Shown here: positions 11,766-25,099 of the stretch, one piece after another
Layout of the letters: each line of letters opens with the position of its first letter
Position numbering within the stretch: position 1 is the stretch's first letter
Origin: Octopus sinensis
Lineage: Eukaryota
Reading direction: 5' to 3'
NCBI RefSeq assembly: GCF_006345805.1
Contig: NC_043006.1
Coordinates: forward strand, 24,800,001 to 24,864,000
DNA: 64,000 nucleotides
Position numbers and translations under genes: made by a program
The notes under the pieces: model-generated
Told to the model about the DNA's origin: nothing
What the model saw: the letters and a program-made list of their open reading frames with translations, nothing else
The model's database searches: none

Positions 11766-13333
11766 GAAAGAAAAGTAATATAACAGATTCCAGTAACCTT
11801 TGGAAGAATACTTCAAATTTATATGTATAATTAGGAAATCATTTTTTACATTGCATTTTATTATAATTTCTGTTCTGTTGTAATGGTTTCTTATTCAGAT
11901 ACAAAGCTTAACATTGAGAAAATGAGACTTCATGTTCTTGCATTTCTTAAGTACATTAGCAATTGAAGAGAAGTCAACTATTATTGCTTCTTGCTTACTA
12001 GTACTTGCTATCATTTAGTGTTATAATATTGGAATGGATGTAATTTAAGCAAAGGTATTTTGCTTCAATTGTGTTATTAATACTTGAGATTGGTGTGAAT
12101 ACTACACAATCTTGTTTCTGGTTATTTATTTAAATTTAAAGTTTTGTCAAATTAAGAAACCAATATTAAAATAGTAAATCTTATATTTGCATTATATAAC
12201 CCCTTTCAAAGTATTATGGTGTAGATTACTTAATGTGACATTATCTTGTATAGGCCTAGCTGTCTTAAGTTTCAATCTCACTATTCTGAGATTAGTTTTG
12301 CTGGGATCAACACGGGGGTGGGTGGGTCAATATATCAAATACAAGTAACTGGCTGTAAATTGGCTCTGGAGAAATTAGACATTGAGCTTAGCTCATAGAA
12401 AACATGTTTTACCAAAATTTCTTCATTTAGGTAGCAAAACAATTAATTTTTATATTAAACTTTCTTATTAACTCACCTCATCAGTCAATTTCTTATTCAG
12501 TGGTATAAATATCTGTCACAGGGGTTAGATTATTTTAATGTTAAACTATCTACATGATTAAAAGTTTGAATTCTCTTTAAGAGAGTATTTTGTGGAGCAC
12601 ATCTCTCTTTCACTGTATATATACAACTTCTATTTCATTGTTGGAATTAAGAACACTTTGTAAATACCAAAGTCAACTATATCTAAATCCAAAACCTGTC
12701 TATATCAATCTCAACTCATGCTATACCTCTACTTCATCCAAATTTAAATGTCTTGAATAATTTGATTTTATATATTTATTCTGTAGCTACTTGCATATAC
12801 CTTATTTTATTTTGCATTAAAATTAAACAGTCATGATACGTTTAGAGCTGTTACTAATGAGTTTTAGTTGAAAATGCTTGTATTTGGAAAGAAAATCAAG
12901 ACAGCGGGAGATTTCCTAGTCAGTGTTAGTCTAATGATGAAAGATTTAAACAAGGGAGTGGATTTAAACTGTCTGCTTGTATAAGGGAGCAGAGAACATT
13001 GTATTAGCAGTAAAATATATAGATTAAGATATAAATATACAGTAAGCCAGATAGGGTCTTGCTTAAAAGCAGGAATACATGTTCAACTGAAAACATTCAA
13101 ACTATATTTATGAAGTGAAGGTTGCATTTGCTAACCAAAAGCTCAAGTAGTTTTTCTTTGAATTTTAAAGATAGGAGTTTATTTCTTCCGTCTTCATTTA
13201 CTAAAAATACTTTGTTTTCTTTCTCTACTCCCCATATGCTTGTGTGTGAAAGTGTGTGTGCATGCATGCGTGTGTGTGTGTGTGTGTGCCTGCATAAATT
13301 TGTTTGTATACAATGTATAACTTTGTTTTGCAG

Positions 13334-13797
13334 TGTCAGCATCAGATAGTGAAGGAGAAGAGACAGTTTTACAACCTGAGTTGATACCTTTACTGGAAAA
13401 TCAGCCTACAAGAACAGCAATAACAACTATTACAACACCAATAAATTCTGCATCTTCTACCACAGTCAGTGTTGTCAGTAGCAATAACTTACCTCTAGAT
13501 AGCAACACTAATAGTTATAATAGTAGTGGTAGTGTACTATCTGTTGCTACCACTACTAATGACATTACCAATTCTACTACCATCGTTACCTCCTCCTCAC
13601 CTTCCTTTACTTCCACCAGTACTACTACAACATCTGTTGTCTCTGATTCATCAACAGGCAACTCAGGATTACCTGCTACAGACAAAAGTCAGGCAAAAGT
13701 AAAGTCTCCTCCAGCAGCTAAGATTGCTGCTGTGGCATGCTGTCACTCACGAAAACTTTCTCTCAATGGAAATTCTTCATTCCAAAGCAGTGATGAT
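13334..13797 (+). CDS. Internal coding exon of an unidentified host gene; acidic N-terminal part, long Ser/Thr-rich low-complexity linker, C-terminal KIAAVACCHSRKLSLNGNSSFQSSDD
   Basis: Acceptor ctttgttttgcag at 13321-13333, donor GAT|gtaagt at 13798; open frame of 154 codons (phase 1 in, phase 0 out); no TE motif recognised. Confidence 0.75.
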
Positions 13798-14989
13798 GTA
13801 AGTCTTGGACTTGATTATTCTTTATTTACTTATTTTTATTTTATCAATTTTATTTACAGTTGCTCTGTTTTGCACAGAAATTCTTTACAATTTTTTTCAG
13901 TTACATAATGTTATTTTTGCCAAAGCTAAAATAATTCTCATCATCAACAGCATCACAGCTATATTTTGCCACTTATATTAACATTACTTTCAGGAATACC
14001 CTACTCCCATCACTTGCATTATATTCATTACTACCAGATTACTATCATCCATCTTACCCTTACAATCATTACCATTGCTATCATTTTCACCATCATCACT
14101 ACTACAGCCATCTTCATCATTACCATCATCATCACTACCACCACAATCATCATCATCAGTAGCTTCATCTAATACCATTCAGTGCAGATGTCAAATCAGT
14201 CTATAACCTTATTTGTAACCCTATATATGTAAGGTGATCTGCCATAAGTGTTAGATAAATTATGTTACTTCTGGAATAAGAGCGGTGGCTTACTTTACTT
14301 AATGTTAGCTGAGTGGAGCTAGGTAGAGTGTGAGTGGGGATTGATAATCAACTGAGATAAGAAGTTTCAAGCTACTGTCAATAGATTCTCCATCCCTCTC
14401 TCCCACTCCTTCACTCATGCTTTCTCTCTGTCTCATTCTCAACCTCTTTTTCTTACACCCTCTACTTTTTTTTTTTACTTTCACTCTATCACACACACAG
14501 TGAAATGAATCTTCCTTTCTCTTTATAAATTTCTCTTTCTTCTATCTTTACTCCATTCCTCTATCTATCTATCTGATTTTCTCTCTTTCTCTCATGCACA
14601 CTCATACACACACACACACTGTTTCTTTCTCCTCTTCCTCTGTCTTTTCATTTTCCTGTCCTGCTACCTGTCTATATATCTGAAGATTTTAGTTGTGTGA
14701 AGGATGTGGGAGGGTTAGGAAAATTTGATATTATGGAAATCCTTCTGATAATTACAGAGGATAAAGATTCAAGGAGGATATTTACTATGGAAATCATCAC
14801 ATGTTTCAATTATCTGCTTAGCTCTCTCTCTCTCTCTCTCTCTCAGGTGAGTCAAGTTTAGGATAGAGGTCTGGACAGAAAGCAAAAAAAAAAAACAGCC
14901 TGTTAGAAATAACTTGCAAAGAAAGAGGCATGGAAATGCCACTATGAAAGGCTGCTAAATGTGGAGAATGCATAGAAGAGGGAGAGTGT

Positions 14990-16580
14990 TCCTAATGTGG
15001 CTCAGCTGTCTGAGTTGACAGCAGCATGATAGATAAAGCAATGAAGAAAGACAAGGAAAGCTCCTAGATCATCAGGACTTATTGCTGATATGCTTAAAAT
15101 ATGAGGTGGAGTGGTGAATGACTTAGTAATCCATGTAGTTAATCAGGTTGTTATACCCAACAACTGGTGTAGCAACATTATTTTCAACCGCCACAAAAGT
15201 AAAGAAGATGCTTTAGATAGAAATAATTAGAGAAGTATCAAATTTCTGGACCAGGTCATGAAAATTACAGAAAGGATCATAGTTCGACTAATTAAGGAAG
15301 AGAGTTAATTTAAATGTCATGCAGCTTCATTTTGTGCCAGGTGGAAGCACTACTGATGCTTTCTTCCTAGTAAGACAAAACTTAACCACTTTACTTGACA
15401 TTTATCAATATGTAGAAAGCCTTTGACAGGGTCCCTCACTCCATCATCTGGTGGTTAATGGATAAGCAAGCTGGTGAGAGTTGTCCAAGCCATGTTCAGG
15501 GATGATGTCATTAAGATGAAGATCAGCAGTGAGTATAGCAACGAACTTAGTGTGCAGGTAGGAGCTCACCAAGGATTGGTTTTCAGCCCCTTCTAGTTTA
15601 TCATAGTCATCCCAGCCATAACAGAGGAATTTAAAATGGATTGTCCCTGGAAACTCCTCTATGCTGATGACCTTGTTCTTATAGTTTAATCTCCAATAGA
15701 ATTAAAGGAGAAATGTCAGGTATGGAAGCAAGGACTTGAATCAAAGGGCCTTAGAGCCAATTTAGCAAAGACCAAAGTCCTAGTAAGCAGAACACAGAAA
15801 AATTACTAATCCCTTCATGGAAATGAACCTCCTCAATATGTAGAAAAGATGTAGGTAGAAATTCCATACAGTGTAGCCAATGCAAGCTATGGACATATAA
15901 AAAGAACAGTGGAATCATAGGAAGGTTAATAGAGAAAGTAGTCTTTGTATGTGGCAGATGTGCAGGAACTGTAAGCACTAAGAACACGCAGAAAATAGAT
16001 TTCCTCAAATGCCCAGGGGATTTTTAGAGGCAGTAGGTAGTTACCATTACCTAGGTGACCAAATTAGCTGTGGAGGAGGATATTCTGAAAGCATAGTTGC
16101 AAGAATAAGAACTGGCTGGACAAAGTTCAGAAAGCTATTACCTTTGTAAGGTAACAAAAGGCTTCTCCCTCAAAGTAAAAGGCAGATTGTATGATGCCTG
16201 TGTATGAACAGCTATACTACATGGTAATGAAATACAAGCTAAGAATGAAGGGGACATGCAAAGGCTTGAAAGAAATTAAGCCAGCATACTCCACTGGATA
16301 TGCAATGCTGCTGTGCTTGTAGGACAAAATTTTGAGAGAAAAAATGGGTATTAGAGGCATAAGATGTAGTGTGCAAAAGAGAAGACTGTGCTGGTATGGA
16401 CATGTAATGCGTGTGGATGAAGACAGCTGCATAAATTAGTACCAGTCTCTGAATGGGGAGGGAATCTGTGGAAGAGGAAGACACTAGATGAAGTGGTGAA
16501 AAATGATCTTCACACGAAGATGACAATGAATTGAGACAATTGGCAATTTGCTGTGCCAAAGAAGACCCATCCAGCTAAGT
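14990..16580 (+). mobile_element. Old, heavily degraded RTE LINE (RT and C-terminal region)
   Basis: Remnants of QVMKITER, KAFDRVP, LLYADDL, GIRCSVQKRRLCWYGHVMR with many stops. Confidence 0.8.
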
Positions 16581-16969
16581 AAGATCAATGCTATAAAGGT
16601 ATGTGCTTGTGTCTATGCTCCCATACACAACCTGTCCCTGACAAATCCACCCCCTCATCCCATCTCCCCAACACACCCTCTTTACCCACATTCACCTCCC
16701 CTCCATCTCCCTCTTTTTGCAATCTCATGAACATACCCACTCACTCCTCTATCTACACATCTTGTCAAGGTGTAAAGGAGATGCAGGTAACATCATACCC
16801 TGGAGCAAGAGAGACACAAGAACCACAAATAACCAAGGAAAACAACACCATAAATTTAGTTCATGAGGGAAAGAGAAAAGTTATTGATTACAGCAAAAAG
16901 AACAATCAGTTCGCTGTAAGAGGCTCAATCAATGGATTTGAAAATTAGAGGAAAAGCTGTAACTTCCTA

Positions 16970-17300
16970 AGGTCATCTAGACAAACCTGAGAGTGGGCAT
17001 AGTTTTGAGGTCAGAGAAGCAAAGGAAATTATCCTGATCAACATTACAGACCTATGGGAAGAATGGTATGATCAAGATTCTGAAAGGAAGTGCATAAAGT
17101 ATCTGAACCTTTTACAGATGGCAGGGAGAAGAATGGCAGGTATAGCTATTTCCAGTTGAGTTTGGCTGTAGAGGATTCTTTATCCAGTTAGTATGGGGAA
17201 TACTTACAGACACTGGAATAAGGAGAAAAGAGTAAAAGGTAGTTGTGTGCAGGATGAGAGAGACAACAAAAAAACCTAGCCTTTTGCAAAGTGCAAGAGA
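16970..17300 (+). mobile_element. HERO-like (RLE-clade) non-LTR retrotransposon C-terminal fragment
   Basis: Frameshifted TNLRVGIVLRSEK / ILINITDLWEE..DSERKCIKY / PVEFGCRGF resembles the LRPDIVLWS..LELTVPWE..ERK..KY..IEVGCRGF signature. Confidence 0.62.
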
Positions 17301-17889
17301 GAGTAATTTAGCTGAAAGTAAAGAGGAGCTAATGAGCATTGATTTGTTACAACTTTTGGCCTACTGTTATAGTGCAGGTTCAAAACATACAATGGTCATT
17401 GAACACTGTCTGATGACATCAAATCCTCCTAGGTAATGCTGCATTCAACAGAGTTGAATGAAAGAGAAGCATATTCTAGATGTAAATAATCTCTTAAGTA
17501 CATATATACATATTTGTATATATGTACATGCATACATAGAGGTTGCTTTTCAAGTGAGAAGTGACCATTCCTAAAGTGTGAAAACTACTCATAAACTTGT
17601 GTTTTGCTCATGGCAGCGTCCTTGAAAGCTGTTTGATGTATGACAATTGTTTTGGCCACTGTTTTCCCCAGCAGAAAACAGAATTTCATGGAAGCACACT
17701 AAATCGATGAACAGAGGAGAAACACTGCAAAACAAAGATGCACATGTGGCAGTATGACCTTACTGGACAATGCCAGTTGGCAGACTGATGCCTGAGGGTC
17801 ACATCAAGTGGCTTCTACCAATGGAAGCCTGAACTACAATGAACTTGTCACACAGAGAACATTTCCAGTTACTTCTGGGTACCCACCTC

Positions 17890-17916
17890 ATACACACACA
17901 CATGCACACACACACA

Positions 17917-17962
<46 letters not shown>
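17890..17962. repeat. (CA)n microsatellite
   Basis: Direct inspection. Confidence 0.95.
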
Positions 17963-17965
<3 letters not shown>

Positions 17966-19221
17966 TATACATACATGTATGTCTTGGTGATGCAAACAGG
18001 AAAGTGAAACTCAAAACATGAGTCTATATAAGTTTTTTTTTTATTAATGATTACAATTATCAGAAGTTACAGAGTAACAAGGCAATGCATGAAATGCTTA
18101 GCCCTTGAGTGACACTGAAACTTCTATTGATTATTAATAAAAAATTTTTAAAAGTACACACACACACACACATGCATGCACATACACAGACACATATTAG
18201 CTATTAACTGCTTCTGCTTTGAGAAGTATTGTCTTCAAAGCAGAGTGTTCATGCATCATGTTAGCTGCCGGACGAGATAGTGAAGATGTCGACGACTGCT
18301 CGGTTCAAAGTCTCTCTTGACCAGAAATGACCTGTACTCTTTGTATGACCATCCTCCCTGTACATAACTCCCTGTCCCCCTACATGGCCTTGCTTCTGCT
18401 TTTTGAGCCAATAAAAATTAAATAAAGTGTAAATTTATTGCAGAAAGCATTTAAATACATATTGGTTACATGCAGAACTATGATATAGTTTGAGGGTAAA
18501 AACTCTACCCTTAGTCTACACACACACACACACACACATCTAAACCAGAATAAATGCACACATATATACATGTACAGAAAGATAAACACAAACACCCACA
18601 TGCACGTCCTTGTATCTACACACACATATATAAGCACCCACATACAGGCACAAAGGTATATAAGTACATACACATGTGTGTGTAGATGCACTGTATATAG
18701 ATATACAAATGTGTATATTGATATACACCCCCACCACGTAATAAACACTCATGTATCTATGCATATACATGCAAATATACATACAAATGTAGATCACTAC
18801 ACATTTATAGATGTGCATACATGAATACAGGTACATAAGTTATTCACTTCAACATACACGCAAGTAGATAAACTGAAACAGATATAAATATGAGGTGGTA
18901 TCATAAAGTTCCCGAGTTAGTTATGTTTATAGCCTCAGGAAGACATCTCTTCCAGCTGGTTAATGACACACTGTGTCTGATACGTATTTGCAAAGGGAAA
19001 TCATCATTCACATCCCTAGCCTTACAAGATACACACAAACCCCGGTTTCTGAATCGTAACCCATCATCTGTGTGTGATAATCACCAGCTAGCAATGAGAA
19101 CTCATTCTAAATGCAAAATACTATGTGCTTTTTCCAGTCACAAACTGTCGGTGATCTCAAAAAAGAGAAAGAAGCAATAACAAATCACTGAGCGAGAAGT
19201 AAACAGTAGCATCACAGAATG

Positions 19222-19511
19222 GTGAAGTATATTTGCCATCTAAATGTGGAAAGCCCATAGGGGACGATGCTACTGCTGTTTATAGCCCTAGGAAGATGCT
19301 ACTGTTGTTTATAGCCTCCAGTTGGCTTACGACACACTGTCTGTGTCTAATTAGTATTTGTGAAGGGAAATCTGTTTGTATCATGTAAGGCAAATATTAA
19401 TCAGACACAGTGTGCCGTTAGCCATCTGGAGGAGATGTCTTCCTGGGCTAGAAAAAACAGTAGCATCACCCTCTCTGGGTCCGCCACATTTAGGTGGCAA
19501 ATATACTTCAC
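19222..19511. mobile_element. Foldback/MITE-like palindromic element
   Basis: Termini GTGAAGTATATTTGCCATCTAAATGTGG / CCACATTTAGGTGGCAAATATACTTCAC; internal arms also complementary; partial related copy at ~18930-19215. Confidence 0.75.
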
Positions 19512-19534
19512 AATATATATATATGTTATTGCCA

Positions 19535-19812
19535 GTGCTGCCTGATTGGCTCCCATGCTGGTGGCACGTAAAAAGCACCATTTGAGCATGGTCGTTGCCA
19601 GTACCACCTGACTGGCTCCTGTACTGGTGTCACGTAAAAAGCACCTACTACACTCTTGGAGTGGTTGGCGTTAGGAAGGGCATCCAGCTGTAGAAACTTT
19701 GCCAGATCAGATTGGAGCCTGGTACAGCCTTCTGGTTTGCCAGTTCCCAGTCAAACCATCCAACCCATGCCAGCATGGAAAGCGGGTGCTAAACGACGAC
19801 GATGATGATGAT
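19535..19812 (+). mobile_element. RTE 3'UTR and tail
   Basis: Shared 3'UTR units and (GAT)n tail. Confidence 0.85.
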
Positions 19813-20205
19813 GTGTGTGTGTTTACCCATGTTGCCATGAATGATACAAATGACCAACCATCAAATAACTCCTCAACATTTAGAGTGCTTTTCATTCAAA
19901 AGCCTTTCTGACCTTCCTGTCAGTTCTTTGTATTTGACTCTTTGCATTCTTTACCTACCACTCCCCGAATATATATATATATATATTATATCATCATCAT
20001 CGTTTAGCGTCCGTTTTCCATGCTAGCATGGGTTGGACGGTTCTACTGGGGTCTGTGAAGCCAGAAGGCTTCATCAAGCCCAGTCGGCTTCATCAAGCCC
20101 AGTCATATATATATATATATTATATATATTATATATATATTATATATTATATATATATATATATTATATATTATATTATATATATTATATATATTATATA
20201 TATAT

Positions 20206-20249
<44 letters not shown>

Positions 20250-20289
20250 ATATATATATATATATTATATATGTATATATATATATATG

Positions 20290-20325
<36 letters not shown>

Positions 20326-20344
20326 TATATACACATATATATAT

Positions 20345-22200
20345 ATACATACATCATCATTGTTATTTAACGTCTGCTTTCCATGCTAGCATGGGTTGGA
20401 CGCTTTGACTGAGGGCTGGTGAGCCAGAAGGCTACACCAGGTTCCAATCTGATCTGACAAAGCTTTTACAGCTGAATGCCCTTCCTAACACCAACCACTC
20501 TGTTAGTGTAGCGGGTGTTTTAACATGCCACTGGCACGGCTGAAATGGTGCTTTTTACATGCCACCTGCACAGGTGCCACTCAGGCAGCACTGGCAACGA
20601 TCATGCTCGAATGGTGCATTTAACATTCCACTGGCACGGGTGCCAGTCAGATGGTACCACCATCAGCCGTGACAATGATTTTACTTGCCTCAACAGGTTT
20701 CCGCAAGCAGAGATTATTGCCCCAGTTTTTGAAGGGTACTCTTAAATGGGCTGGTTATGCAGCACTGGCATAGGCCATGGTTACGGTCTCACTTGGCTTG
20801 CCAGATCTTCTCAAGCACAGCATATCTCCAAAGGTTTTGGTCACTTGTCATTGCCTCAGAGAGGTCAAATGTTCAAAGGTCATACTTCACCACCTCTTCC
20901 TGGGTCTACCTCTTCCACAGGTTCCTTCAACTGCTAGGGTGTGATACTTTTTCACACAGCTGTCCTCATCCATTCACAACATGTGACTGTACAGGCACAG
21001 TTGTCTCTCTTACACTCTATATCTGATGCTTCTTATGTCCAACTTTTCTCTGAGAGTGCTTATAGCTGGAATCACACTGACCTTACACATCCAGCATTCC
21101 ATACTGGCTTTATTCCTTGTAAGCTTACATATGTCCTCAGCAGTACAGCCCATGTTTCACTGTCATGTAGCATGGCTGTTCACACACATGCTTCATACAG
21201 TCTACATTTTACTCTGAGTGAGAAGCCCTTTGTCACCAACAGAGGTAGGAGCTCTTCTTATTCTAGCAGCTACACTTTCAGAGCATCCACCCCCACTACT
21301 TCCATTACCTAGGTGACCTTGGTCACCTAGGTAATGGACCCTATCAACTACTTGTAGTTTTACCCCTGGAATGTGATGGAAACTGTTCTCTGCACATTTT
21401 CAGTGTTTATTGCTCCTGAGCATTTGCCACACACAAAAACTATCTTTCTAGTTAGCCTTCCTTTGATATTGCTGCACCTCTTATGTGTCCATAGCTTACA
21501 CTGGGTACATCTTATGGAATTTCTACCTACACCTTTTCTACTGATCGAGCAGGACCATCTATCTGAATGTAGTGGTTTGTCAGCCTTACTACCTATTAAA
21601 ACTTTGGTTTTTGCTAGGTTGACTCTAAGACCCTTTGATTCTAGTCCTTGCTTCCACATCTGAAATTTATCCTCTAGTTCTGATAGTGATTCAGTTATTA
21701 GAGCAAGGTCATCAGCATAGAGAAGCTTCCAAGGGTATCCTGTCTTGAATTCCTTTGTTATTGCTTGGAGGACTATGATGAATAAGAGGGGGCTGAAACT
21801 TCACTGTACTCATTGCCAACCCTCACCTTATTGACAGCAACCCTGTACATGGCTTGTACAGCTCTCACTAACCATTCATCTATCCCTAGTTTCCTTATTG
21901 ACCACCAGATAAGGTATTGGGGAACCCTGTCAAAGGCTTTGTCCATGTCAACGAAAGGTAGGTACAGAGGTTTATCTTTGGTTAGGTATTTCTCCTGCAG
22001 CTGTCTTACCAGAAATATAGCATCAGTGGTGCTTTTCCCTGGCATGAACCCAAACTGTATCTCATCTAAACTGACACTCTCCCTAAGTAGTTGGGCTATG
22101 ACCCTCTCTGTGACTTTCATTACCTGATCCAACAACTTGATACCTCTGTAATTATTTGTATCTAAAATGTCACCTTTACGTTTGTAGCAGTTGACTATGG
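20345..22200 (-). mobile_element. RTE LINE, degraded RT + C-terminus + 3'UTR
   Basis: ORF 21773-22135 (QFGFMPGKSTTDAIFLVRQLQEKYL..FVDMDKAFDRVP), YADD region at ~21710-21725, ORF 21360-21659, tail at 20345-20400. Confidence 0.9.
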
Positions 22201-22519
22201 TGCTGCTACATCAGTCATTGGGTATGACTCCTTCATGTGTCACCTGATTGACTATACATATACCTACATATGTATGTGTATATGTACCTTTTTTTTTTGA
22301 TGCATGTGTGTATTGTGTATTTTTGTGTGTGTGTATATTATTTGTGTGTGTGTGTGTGTATATATATATATAATCACACAGCTGTATCCTCGTTACATGA
22401 GAAAAGCCATTGCCAAGAAGACTTACTGAAATGATTCATGATTGTTGCCATGTGATGCCCTTATATGACTTTTAAGCCCGGCCAAGCTTTTACACATTTT
22501 ATTACATACTAGACGACTG

Positions 22520-25090
22520 TGCTGCTGGCAGGAAAAACAGATGCCACCATATACACTCTCTTAACATGTCTTTTTAGACCTCCAACTGAGAGACACCTTT
22601 TCACATTTTACACACTTTCTGTTTTGAATTTTAATAGTCACATCATTGTATATCATGGGTCGATTTCTATGAGAATTTTGATGGCAAACACCTCTGCCCA
22701 CAAACCACACACGTAAAAAGCAACACTCTCTCACTTTCCACAGGCTCCCCGCTTCTAAGCCTCCTCTTAATTCTCTCATACTTCACTCTCTCCCTTTCGA
22801 ACCTTGAACAACCATCATGCACTATCCTTCTCCATCCATCATGGTCTTATGCTTCTCTCTCCCAATTACCAGCTGCAATTCCTGTCTGAATTAGAACATT
22901 TTAAAAGCAATTCTTAAACCTTAGTTTAAGCTTATGTGCTGGCCTCCTGCCATCTTCCACCTCACCATACAATAGCTGCTTGGGCAGTCACTCATCTCTC
23001 ATCCTTACAAAATGTCCCCCCCACCTCAAACGTCTTTGCAAAATCATTGACTCTATACTTCTACTGCCACTCCTCTCAAGCACCTCCTCATTACTAATGG
23101 CCATTTTCCAGTTTATACCCCAAATTTTTCTCAGACAGTATTGATGAAATTGTTCCAATTGCCTTACCTGCTTACAGTAAACAACCCATGTCTCACTTCC
23201 ATATAGCAAAGATGGGAGGACACATGTGTTATATACTTTAACTTTAATTTGTGAAGATATATTGTTTCCACAGATGCCTATCAAGCCTACCAAAAGCACT
23301 GCTAGCCCTACTGATTCTGTATGAAATTTCATCATCAAGACCAGCAGTGCTCAAGGTGTACTTCCTAAATAAATAAATTTAGGTACAGTCTCCAACCTTT
23401 GACCATTCACAGTTATAAAAGGTTCCACATACATCTTGGAGGGAGACCCAACACTGACATGCTGCAGAAATCTTTCTGAGAATGTGCCAACAGGTCACAA
23501 TCATCTGCTTACAGAAACTCAACAAGGTGAGAATGCAGAACTGTTGTCCTATATCTTATATAGACCCCTTCAGGGCAATCTTTAAAAGCTATTTGAAAGA
23601 CTATTGCGAAATATATAGCAAACAGTGTAGCGGCAGGAATATCACCTTGCTTTACACCATTTTCTACAGAAATTGGATCTAATGTACCTCCAACATTAAC
23701 TCTCACTTCCATCTTGTCATGAAATTGTCTAAGCATTCTCACAAATTTTTCAGGGCATCCTAGCTTTTTCAGGATCTTCCAAAGTGCAAGTCTATTGATA
23801 GAATCAAACACCTTTGTTAGGTCAATGAAAACCTGGCATAAGCCCATATTCTGTTCGGTGCACTTCTCTTGCAACTGTCTAGCCAAAAATATCATATCCA
23901 TAGTACTCCTACTATCCATAAACCCACATTGCTATTCTGGTAGAACCTCATCAGCAATGTGCAGAAGCAATTTATCTAGCATTACCCTACAGAGAATCTT
24001 TCCAGCAACAGCTAACAGACAGATGCTGTGATAATTATGACAGACATCCTTTCCACCTTTAGATTTATAGAGTATCTTCATAGTTGCATCATGCCAATCT
24101 GGAGAAACCTCTTCGTTTTGTCAAACCCTCTGAATTACATCTGTCAACATTGCACAAAGATATCACCACCATATTTATATATCTCTGCACCTAGTCCATC
24201 CATACCCGGGGCTTTTCCATTGTTCAATTTCCTGATTGCTGCCTTTATTTCAGCCAGGTTTGAAACTTCTGTTATAAGATGTTTTAATGGTCTCTCGAGA
24301 ATACTATCAAGAAAAGAGAGATCAACTTCAGTGGGTCTATTGAGCTACTCATCAAAATGTTTTTTCCATCTCCCAACAATATCTTAAGGATTTTTTAATA
24401 ATTCTGTGCCATCCTTGCTCCAAAGTGATGCAACCTTTGATGAAACTGGTCCATAAACCTTTTTCAAGAGAGAGTAAAATAGTTTGGAATTGTTAGTATT
24501 TGAAGCTTCTTGGATTTCATCGCATCTATCACTCAATTTTCCTGCATCATCGATAGCTCTCTCTGCACTGTTGCTTTTACAGCCTTGAAATATGTGGCCA
24601 CTGTCCTGTTCGTTGATATGTCAACATTTTGCAACATGTTAAATTCCTTTCACTTCTCCTCTAAGATAAGATTAACTTCTTCATCATTATCATCAAACCA
24701 ATCCTGGTGTTTTTTTACAGCAAAGCCAAGAATGTTACTACAAATCTCTTACACTCTTTCTTTGAATGACTTCCAGCTTCCATCACAGGACAAATTATTA
24801 ATCTCACTCACAAACTCACTGCGTACTGATGGAATCTTAAGTTTATTCACATCAATCCGTTAAGGTAATTTGACATTATTTGCTCTAACCTTAGGCTTGA
24901 CAACAAAATTCACCTTGGCACACAAAAGCCTATGATCAGTCCAGCACTCTGCACCATGCATCACTCATACAATAGGAAAGTCCCTAGTATCTCGTTTCCT
25001 GGTGAGAATGCCTTAACCTGGACATGGAAGACTTTACAAGTCAAAATAGACTTGTTCATCTTCCAGTACCCTGGTCCCTGTCTATGGCAC
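22520..25090 (-). mobile_element. BovB-like RTE LINE, degraded
   Basis: RSTMDMIFLARQLQEKCTEQN..FIDLTKVFDS (23509-23919); KVKVYNTCVLPSLLYGSETW..RRLRWGGHFVRM (22988-23338). Confidence 0.85.
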
Positions 25091-25099
25091 TTTAGACAG

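Noticed and set aside
13966-14178. Ile/Thr-rich and Asp-rich ORFs on both strands
   Set aside because: Degenerate (CAT/CAC)n trinucleotide repeat in the intron.
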